From Octopus bimaculoides (Eukaryota), in contig NC_069004.1 in the NCBI RefSeq assembly GCF_001194135.2, forward strand, positions 21,745,570 through 21,804,068: a stretch of 58,499 nucleotides of DNA, given 5' to 3'. Below, piece after piece: positions 49,200 to 58,499 of this stretch. Position 1 is the first letter of the stretch; each line of letters starts with the position of its first letter. Made by a program: the position numbers and the translations under genes. Under the pieces are notes generated by a model. The model ran no database searches. It saw nothing but the letters and a program-made list of their open reading frames with translations, and was not told where the DNA came from.

Positions 49200-50842
49200 A
49201 AATATGCAGAGAGCAACTTCTGCCACATTCTAGGGAGAAAAACTACAAGTAGTTGATAGCTTCCGTTACCTAGGTGACCAAGTCAGTAGCAGGAGAGGTT
49301 GCGCTGAAAGTGTAGCTGCTAGAATAAGAATAGCCTGGGCAAAGTTCAGAGAGCTCTTACCTCTGCTGATGACAAAGGGCCTCTCACTCAGAGTAAAAGG
49401 TAGACTGTATGATGCATGTGTACGAACAGCCATACTACATGGCAGTGAAACATGGGCCGTAACTGCTGAAGACATGTGTAAGCTCACAAGGAATGAAGCC
49501 AATATGCTCGGATGGATGTGTAATGTCAGTGTGCATACTCGACAGAGTGTAAGTACCTTGAGAGAAAAGTTGGACCTAAGAAGTATCAGTTGTGGTGTGC
49601 AAGAGAGACAATTGTGCTGGTATGGACATGTAGTAACGCCGTGCACATGCGTAGTCTCACGCATGCGTGGAATTAAACAAGCAAGCGTTCCCGCTTTAAT
49701 CTTTCTCTTTTACGGTCAGCCGATCATGAGCACGGACGTGTCAAGAGTGTCTCTAATACTTTAACCTGGAGACAGTCTCTTTACGTGTTAAGCTGTCTCT
49801 CTACATCTTTCGGACTTACACTCGACAGCTCGCTTACAACTACAGAACAACATCCCAACAACTATGCTCATACACAACAGAAGCTGTAGCAACAAGAACT
49901 AAAGATATGTATATATTTACCACCTGAATAAATGTTGTTTAAGTTGATAGTCTGGAGTTCAGCGTTCCGTTATATTTTTTAATTTTATATAGGAAAGTCA
50001 GGTATACATCTAATGATGTATAACCAACTTTCCTATAGACATGTGGCAAGAATGGATGAGGATAGCAGTGTGAAAAAGTGCCACACCCTAGCAGTTGAGG
50101 GAACCTGTGGAAGAGGTAGACCCAGGAAGACCTGGGATGGGGTGGTGAAGCATGACCTTCGAACATTAGGCCTCACCGAGGCAATGACTAGTGATCGAGA
50201 CCTTTGGAAATATGCTGTGCGTGAGAAGACCCAGCAAGACAAGTGAGACCATAATCCGAGACCTCTGCCAGGGGTGTAGCCTGCCCACTTATGCGTACCT
50301 TTCCTTCATTGGACACTAAACTCTGCTTGTGAAGACCTGTTGAGGCATGTGAAATCGAAATCAAATCAAATTTGCAAATTCAATGACTGGCACTCGTGCC
50401 AATGGACCGCTAAGAGCACCATCCAAGAGTGATCACTGCCTGAACAGCTGACTGGCTTCCATGCCAGTGGCACGTAAAAAACACCATTCAAACGTAATCG
50501 TTACCAGCGTCGCCTTACTGGCACTTGTGCCAGTGGAACGTGAAAATACATTCAAGTGAGGTCGTTGTCAGTACCGCTGGACTGGCTCCTGTGCAGGTGG
50601 CATGTAAAAAACACCATTTTGAGCGTGGCCGTTGCCAGTACTGCCTGACTGGCCGTCGTGCTGGTGGCATGTAAAAGCACCCACTACACTCTTGGAGTGG
50701 TTGGCATTAGGAAGGGCATCCAGCTGTAGAAACTCTGCCAGATCAGATTGGAGCCTGGTGCAGCCATCTGGTTTGCCAGTCCTCAGTCAAATTGTCCAAC
50801 CCATGCTAGCATGGAAAGCAGATGTTAAACGATGATGATATA
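49200..50842 (+). mobile_element. RTE-clade LINE 3' part with long 3' UTR and (GAT)n tail, interrupted at 49632-50037
   Basis: FRYLG...LHGSETWA...WYGHV|ARMDE...RGRPRKTW, followed by the family C 3' UTR. Confidence 0.93.
49632..50037. mobile_element. 406-bp unclassified insertion (solo-LTR-like body plus terminal hairpin)
   Basis: Flanked by GACATGT at 49625-49631 and 50038-50044. CpG-rich, with AATAAA near 49927. Confidence 0.75.
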
Positions 50843-51331
50843 NNNNNNNNNNNNNNNNNNNNNNNNNNNNNNNNNNNNNNNNNNNNNNNNNNNNNNNNNN
50901 NNNNNNNNNNNNNNNNNNNNNNNNNNNNNNNNNNNNNNNNNNNNNNNNNNNNNNNNNNNNNNNNNNNNNNNNNNNNNNNNNNNNNNNNNNNNNNNNNNNN
51001 NNNNNNNNNNNNNNNNNNNNNNNNNNNNNNNNNNNNNNNNNNNNNNNNNNNNNNNNNNNNNNNNNNNNNNNNNNNNNNNNNNNNNNNNNNNNNNNNNNNN
51101 NNNNNNNNNNNNNNNNNNNNNNNNNNNNNNNNNNNNNNNNNNNNNNNNNNNNNTGTATATATATATGTATATGTATATAAGAAAGGGACAATGAAGCATC
51201 CAGATAGATGATACAAAGAAAACAAGGATAGGTCATTTGGAGTTTTCTTTGTATCATCTATCTGGATGTTTTGTTGTCCCTTTCTTGTATCACCTAACTG
51301 TCTGGATGTTTTGCATTCTTGTCCCATTTTG

Positions 51332-51369
<38 letters not shown>

Positions 51370-51397
51370 CAGCATACATACACTTTGTCTCTTATAG

Positions 51398-51442
<45 letters not shown>

Positions 51443-51859
51443 GAGAGAGAGAGAAAATATAATAAATAGATAGACAGGCAGACAGAATTCATATATGGTT
51501 TCACTTGGATGCATGCATGGCAATGTGGTTTAGAAGTTTGTTTCACCATCATGTTTCTGGATTCAGTGTCACTGTATGGTGCCGTCAGTACCATAGGAAA
51601 GCTATGCAACCAATGGTGTCTACTTCATTTGTAAAATTATGTAGATGGAAGCCACTTTAACTCCAGATCAACCTCAATAAAATTGGGTTGATGGAAACTG
51701 CATACATTGAGTGCACTGATTCTCAAGTGGAACACAATCTATGGCCTGATCTAATGCCACTGTCTTTTCAGTTTAGTACACACACTGCATCCACCTCAAT
51801 CGCCATCTCTATTCATCTGTCACACTAAATTCACTGTAGTACATTTCTTCTTTCTTCAC

Positions 51860-52215
51860 TAGCTGGTAACTGGAATGGGAGGCTGTCCTCTCAACCAATA
51901 TGCTGCCGTGGGTGCCATTGGATGATGGACTCTGGTGATGATGTTATTCCATGCTTCCCAATCCAAGGTGCTGTCCTTAGCATTCTTGAGGTCAAGGTGC
52001 CGCAAATTCAGGTCTTCCTAAATTTGTTTTGTCCATGTCTTCCTTGGTGTGCTGTACTGGATTTTCCAGTGCATGGGACGTTGCTGTCACAAAAGTTGGT
52101 GTGGTAATCTTCTGGTGTTCATCCTGCAGTTGTGGCCAAACCACTGTAGCCTATACTGCCAGACTTGGTCTTCAATGGCCAACTGCTGCTGGCATTGTTC
52201 TTGGATGTTGTTTGA
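51860..52215 (-). mobile_element. RTE-type LINE C-terminal fragment
   Basis: RLQWFGHNCRMNTRRLPHQLL...PRKTWTKQI. Confidence 0.75.
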
Positions 52216-53349
52216 GATTCACTTACCTGCCCATTCACATTTTCTGTTCCTCCATCTCTATTCTCTCTTCCATATTCACCTTATACCCTGACCCCACTCT
52301 CTCTCTCTCTCTGTCATACTTTCATATCCCTCAATACTATACCCCACTCAATTGACAGTATCTTGTCTTGTGAGTATTTGGTGTCCACACCAGAGCTAGT
52401 GCTACATAAAAGGCACACAGTAGACTCTGTGAAGTGAGTGGCATTAAGAAGGGTATCCAGTTGTAGAAACCATGCCAAAGCAAACATTGGAGCTTGGTGC
52501 AGTCTTCTGGCTTGCCAGTTACTGTGACACCATCCAACCCTTACCAGCATAGAAAAAGGGATGTTACATGAGGAGGAGGAAGAGGATTTGGCCCTTCATT
52601 GCCTCCAGTAGAGTTCAGTCTGTTGCAAGCTTTGGAGCCAGGTCTGTTCCAAGGATAATTCTCCCACATTTCATCCCAGCAGTTTTATTGAGGAAGCAGA
52701 GAACACAGACACACTGATTGTTGTTGCCCTTCTTCCTTTAACTAAACATAGAAATATGGATACTTGATTTCTTTTGTCTTAAACTGCTGCATGACAATAT
52801 TAACTACCACTATTACTACTGCCGCTGCTGCTGCATCACTGTGAGGTATATTAGCAGCAATAGCTGACCTCTAAACAGCAGAATTATAATTCTCGGTTAA
52901 GAAATGTTACAATTAGTTAGACATCAGAGATACTTCCTTTTTTTCTATTTTTTCTTTCTTCTTTCACCTCAAGTCTTTTATTCTTTCCTTCCCGCTTTTC
53001 TTGTTTTCTTTCTTTCTGCTTTCCTTCCTTCTTTCTTATTTTTTTTCTACATTGCTTTTCTTTGATGCAAAAAATATTTTAAATTTAAGAAATAATGATT
53101 ATTATTATTGTTGTTGTTGTTGTTGTTGTCATTAATGCAGTGAGCTGGCAGAATTGTTAGTACACCAGACAAAATCCTTAACAGTGTTCTATTTGTCTTT
53201 CTGTCCTCAAATTCTTCCAAGGTCAACTTTGCTTTTTTCATCCTCTCAGAGTCGATGAGGTCAATAAAATAAGTACCAGTTGAACATCGTGGCTGATGTA
53301 ATTGATTTACCCCCTCCCCGAAATTACTGGCCTTGTGCCAAAATGTGAA

Positions 53350-55300
53350 ATCATCATCATCATCATTTAACATCTATTCTACATGCTTCCATGGGTTGAA
53401 TGATTTGACTGAAAACTGGTAAGCTGGGGAGCTGCACTAGGTTTCAATCTGATTTGGCAGGGTTTCTACAGCTGGATGCCCGTCCTAACGTCAACCGCTC
53501 CATGAGTGTAGTGGGTGCTTTTTGCATGCCACCGGCAAGGGTGCCAGTTATGAAACACCAGCATCAGCCATGATTACAATCTTGCTTGCTTGACAGGTTT
53601 TCTCAAGCACAGTATATTGCCAAAGGTCTCAGTCACTTGTCACTGCCTCCGTGAGGCCCAAAGCTTGAAGGTTGAAGGTTGCCAGATATGCAACACTGGC
53701 ATTGGCCACAACTACAATTTCATTTGGTTTAATGGGCCTTCTCAAGAAAGCATATCACCCAACATTTAAAGGGTGCTTTTTATGTGCCACCAGCACGAGT
53801 GCCAGTTACATGACACTGGCATCAGCCACAACTTACGATTTCACTTGGCTTGCCGGATCTTCTCAAGCATGGCATATCACTTATCATTGCCTCCATGAGA
53901 CCCAACGTTCAAAGATTATGCCTCATCACCTTGTCCCATGTCTTCTGCAGCTTCCCTCCACAGATAGAGATCAGCACTTCTTCACACAGCTGTCCTTGTC
54001 CAAATGCATTACATGACCATACCAGCACAGCCGTCTCCCTTGAGCATCACACCTGATGCCTCTTATGCCCAACTTTTCTCTCAAGATGCTTACATTCTGT
54101 CATACATGCACACTGACATTGCACATCCACTGACAGTGCACAATTCTGTCAAGCTTACACATGTCCTCAGTGGTCACAGACCATGTTTCATTACTGTGTA
54201 GCATGGCTGTTCACACACAGGCATCATACAATCTGCCTTTCACTCTGAGATAAAGGCCCTTTGTTACAAGCAGAGGTAGGAGCTCTCTGAACCTTGCCAA
54301 GCCTATTCTTATTCTAGCAGCTATGCTCTCAGAACATCCACCTCTGCCACTGACTTTGTTCCTAGGTAACGGAAGCTATCAGCTACTTCTAGTTTTTCCT
54401 CCTGGCATTTGATGGAGTCTGTTTTCTGTACATTTTTAGTGTTAATTGTATTTGTTCACCTTCCACACACGAAAAGTATTTTCCCTGTTAACCTTCCTCT
54501 GATATTGCTGCACCTCTTATGTACACCAGGTACATCTTATGGAATTACTACCTATGCCTTTTCTACAAATCGAGCAGGGTCATCTACCTGAAGGGACTTG
54601 TGATTTGTCTGCTCTCCTACTTACTAAGACTTCGATCTTTGCTAAATTAATTCTAAGGCCCTTTGATTCTAGACCTTGCTTCCACACCTGAAATTTCTTC
54701 TCTAGTTCTGGTAAGGATTCAGCTACAAGAACAAGGTCATCAGCTTAGAGAAGCTCCCGAGAGCAACCCATCTTAAATTCTTGTTTATTGCCTGGAGGAC
54801 TATGATGAACAAGAGGGGGCTGAGGACTGATCCTTGGTGAATCCCTACTTTTACCCTGAATTCCTTGCTATACTTATTGCTGTCCTTCACCTTACTGACA
54901 GCATGGCTTGTACAGCTCTCACCAACCACTCATCTATCCCTAGCATTCACTTGGACCACCAGATAAGGGATCAGGACTCTGTCAAAAGCTTCCTCTATGT
55001 CAACAAAAGCTAGATACAGGGGTTTATTTTTGGCTAGATATTTCTCCTGCAGTTGCCTAACCAGGACTTTAGCATCAGTTGTGCTCCTGCCTGGCACAGA
55101 TCTGAACTACATCTTATCTACACTAACTCTCTCCCTAATTCATTGAGCTATGACCCTTTCTGTGACTTTCATCATGTGGTCCAGTAGTTTGAAACTTCTC
55201 TAATTATTCCTGTTTAAGGCATTACCTTTGCCTTTGTAGCAGTTGACTATGATGCTGCTACACCAATCATTAGGTATGACTCCCTCATGGACAACCTGAT
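53350..55300 (-). mobile_element. RTE-clade LINE (RT, C-terminus and family C 3' UTR), decayed
   Basis: VKVGIHQGSVLSPLLFIIVL and a YADD-like region; 3' UTR ends in (GAT)n at ~53352. Confidence 0.9.
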
Positions 55301-55364
55301 TAACTATACAGGTGTGATTAACTATGAAGTTGGATTAACTATTTGGGTGAGATTAACTATTATT

Positions 55365-55690
55365 ATTTTATTTTGGTTTGACTCAGGCTTAGTCTTATTC
55401 CTGGTAGGATTTATGTGGGTAGCAGATTACTACCTGTAACCTTAGGTATCCACAAGTTTTTGGTAGTCTTTCAAGTGCTTAGAAACCTCCTGATAATCCT
55501 TGTTGTCCCTAAGAGACAGATCTACAAGACATTCTATTCCAATCTCCTTCAGCCATTTCTCTATATCTTTGCTTACTGTTCCCAATGCACTAATTATTAT
55601 AGGCACAACCTTTACAGTTCTCATACTCCAAATTCTTCTTATTTCAAATTTCAAGGGATTGTATTTTTTTGTTTTTCATCCTCTTTCTTT
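55365..55690 (-). mobile_element. R4/Dong-like non-LTR 3' end
   Basis: LKFEIRRIWSMRTVKVVPIIISALGTV is typical of R4-clade RLE C-termini. Confidence 0.8.
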
Positions 55691-55809
55691 ATGATTTTGG
55701 AATCAAACATCCATAAACCACAGGTTGTTTACTTTCACCCTGCCTAGCATGTACCCCACACACATCTTTATTAAAACACTCATTAGTGGCAGTATGCAGA
55801 CAATAAATA

Positions 55810-55817
55810 TTATTATG

Positions 55818-55863
<46 letters not shown>
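55810..55863. repeat. (ATT)n microsatellite
   Basis: Direct reading. Confidence 0.98.
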
Positions 55864-55865
<2 letters not shown>

Positions 55866-56471
55866 GAGTGGATTGACCAATCCATTAAAACATTGAACAA
55901 AATGCTTTGCAGTATTTGTTCTGGTCTTCTACCATCTGATTTCAAATTCCACTAAGATCAACTTTGCCTTTCATCCTTCCAGTGTCAATAAAATGGATTT
56001 CCTGTCCAGTACTACAAGCTCCACCACCATTATAAACACACGGACCTCCATCGTGGTTTTTCCACCATTACAACCCAAGAGTTCAGCAAAGACAACACCA
56101 AACTATGCACTCATAAACACACATATGTAGGTGCATCCAAACATGAGGTTAAAGATTTGGTCACCAGCCCAATACCTCCTCCAACCCATCCACCCCAACA
56201 CACATACCAACCCTAACCAACTTTTACTGGCAAATACAACAATCGAGGTTCTTTTGATACAAGAGAAGACTTCCTCTCTTAACTAACTTCATTTCACCTT
56301 TTTCACAGCACCCACTAACCAGACGTCATACTTCCTCACCTCCAATATCAGAGAACAGTCACTATTTTTCCACACTAGCCATCTCTGATGTGATATCCTG
56401 TGTGAAAACATTTAGTAAGATCAGCTGTGATGGATCTATAATAGCATATACTTTCATTAATATATGCACTG

Positions 56472-56529
<58 letters not shown>

Positions 56530-56553
56530 ACGTGTGCATGTGTGTGTCAGTGA

Positions 56554-56790
56554 AGGCATGGCTGTGTAGTAAGAAGCTTGCTTCCCAATCACACGGTTTC
56601 AAGTTCACTTCTATTCTACTATAGACCCTGGCCAAGTAAAACCTTGTGAGTGGATTTGGTTGGTAGAAACTGAAAGAAACCCATCATATATATGTACATA
56701 TGTGTTTGTGAGAGTGTTTATGTTTGTGTTTCCTTGTCTTGACATCACATGATAGTTGTAAATGAGTGTCATTGTCAGACAAGTTATGTC
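56554..56790 (+). mobile_element. Family A SINE, 5' part
   Basis: Head and core present. Confidence 0.8.
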
Positions 56791-56799
56791 AACCAGTTT

Positions 56800-57231
56800 C
56801 AATATTCTACAAAGATTTGCCTGGCCATAGGGAAAGCTTGCAAGAGTACAAATCCTGAGATAGACTAGCATATATATTAATGGGTCCAAAAAATGTTCAG
56901 TGTGTTCTCTTGAAAAACTATCTTTTAAAAAACTCAAGAACCTCCAATGACTACACAAATTTCAGGAATTTAAAAGTAGACCACTGGACAGTTAGTAAAC
57001 CATTAACATCTTGTTTACATGTGCTTGACATTGAATTATTGTATCATTGGTTATCTCCCTTGTGTTTTCCCTCTTGTCTTCTTTTCTAGCATCTCTTGCT
57101 TAAATGTTATCAACTCAAAAGACAACTGACAAACAGTTTTGTTTTCAGCTTGATAAATGGAAGAACAAATTATTATTTCAACCAGGAAACCTTGGGTAGC
57201 TGTATTTACAAGATTTGTGGTTTTTAATTAT

Positions 57232-57232
<1 letters not shown>
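56800..57232 (+). mobile_element. Penelope-like 3' end with hammerhead motif at 57146-57202
   Basis: IYINGSKKCSVC.LEKL resembles the PLE C-terminus at 19400-19600 and 43300-43470. Confidence 0.7.
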
Positions 57233-57277
<45 letters not shown>

Positions 57278-57442
57278 ACAGGGTGAGGCAAAAGTCACAC
57301 ACCATAGGAATTAATTAATTAATAATGTTTTAAAAGTATAATTTGCTCTTATATTTTCTTATTTGCAGAAACAATTTTGATGAAGTAAGATGGGTGAAAA
57401 ACTAATGAAAGATGAACAAGTTACCTTAGTGTTCATATATGG

Positions 57443-57900
57443 CAGTGGTTCCCAAACTTTTTAGAGACGCGACCCACTATTTATGACACCAGTTTATGGC
57501 GACCCACTTAACTCTATTGGGTAAAAACATTAATGAAAGAAACAAATTTATTTCAGATTACATTTTCGTTGAGGCCTGTGAGAAGGATGAGCCTGTTTCT
57601 TGCTTCGCTCGATAATAGAATTAACATCAGGTTCAATGCGTGATGCATCGTGGTCATGGATCTTCTTCAACACCATTCCATGTAAATCCCATTTTTAAGT
57701 ACTCGTAATCATACTTTCTCAATACTTTTCTTCGCTTTGACTGGACTTTTCTTCGTTTCAATTCACTGAAGACTCGTCGTCATCAACTTCAACTGACTTT
57801 TTTAACCATTTATCCATAAAATAAAGGACTGAGTAAATACGAAAAAATCGAATTTAGAAAGATAGACAATTTTGACTTACCGATAAATTTGACAGAATTA
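57443..57900 (-). mobile_element. Internally deleted hAT (Charlie/Buster-type)
   Basis: TIR cagtggttcccaaac at 57443. MDKWL...KYDYEYLKMGFTW N-terminus joined near 57637 to the ...KQAHPSH C-terminus. Second TIR not found in the window. Confidence 0.8.
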
Positions 57901-58499
57901 AAGTACAACGCTTGAGATCATGCGTCACTCTATAATTAATAATAAGCGTCGTTTCAATCGATATGCTGCTATTCAAACCATTTATCAGATAGACTCTATT
58001 GATCCATCTACCGTCTAGCTGCTGTCTATTCCAATCATTTCATTGGCTAATTAATAGCCTCCTGGTGATCACTCCTATACTTTTTTGAATAATTTATAAA
58101 CTTATTAGTGAAATCCATACTGTCTTATTTATTTAAATTCTTTACTATTTATATTAGATGTGAAACAAAACGTTTTATAACTGTTTCAACGTCTCCATAC
58201 CCTATGGGCAGGTATTAACTCTAATACAAAACCTCGAAGCAGTAACTGTTATCGGCTTGATCAGTGTTGTACTGCGCCTAGTTAAAGTTCTCTATAAATA
58301 GGTAAGAACAGACTTTTCCTTTTTACGAATACGTACGAATAAATAACTTGAGAAAATGACCACCTCTGATTTGTTAAGTTCGTGAAAAAAGTCTACTGCT
58401 TGATAAAACAACCAGTCTGGTATTGAAAACATGAGTCTTGAACTATCTTGATAGACAGCAGTTAATCAAAGCTAATGCGTAATTTTATAACTTTTTGCG

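Noticed and set aside
55298-55360. CRISPR interpretation of the repeat-spacer array
   Set aside because: 10-bp repeats, 7-8-bp spacers, eukaryotic context and no cas genes.

Overview
AT-rich, repeat-saturated animal genomic DNA from a draft assembly with six N-gaps. The SINE, LINE, Penelope, mariner and microsatellite content points to an octopod cephalopod, probably Octopus (inference). No intact protein-coding gene can be shown. Nearly every ORF in the track is a transposon remnant or a microsatellite artefact. Elements present: tRNA-derived SINEs of at least three families; RTE, CR1/L2, HERO-like and R4/Dong-like LINE fragments; a decayed Gypsy pol with nested insertions; several mariners; a Tigger/pogo; an internally deleted hAT; Helitron-type ends; MITEs; a 1.7-kb foldback; and several Penelope-like (PLE) remnants. 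The best host-gene signal is a CpG-retaining promoter-like region at about 32.6-33.2 kb followed by a candidate Gly-rich first coding exon (33912-34049, +). The main hidden signal is about ten hammerhead-ribozyme (HHR) motifs. One has an intact core (43695-43747). Two pairs sit in inverted pLTRs around PLE fragments, and another pair forms an ORF-less palindrome. One carries the U3:A8 compensatory core. One caps a strand-specific ~140-nt RNA rod inside a ~265-bp retrozyme-like insertion (30195-30460). All folds were done by eye and element boundaries are approximate.
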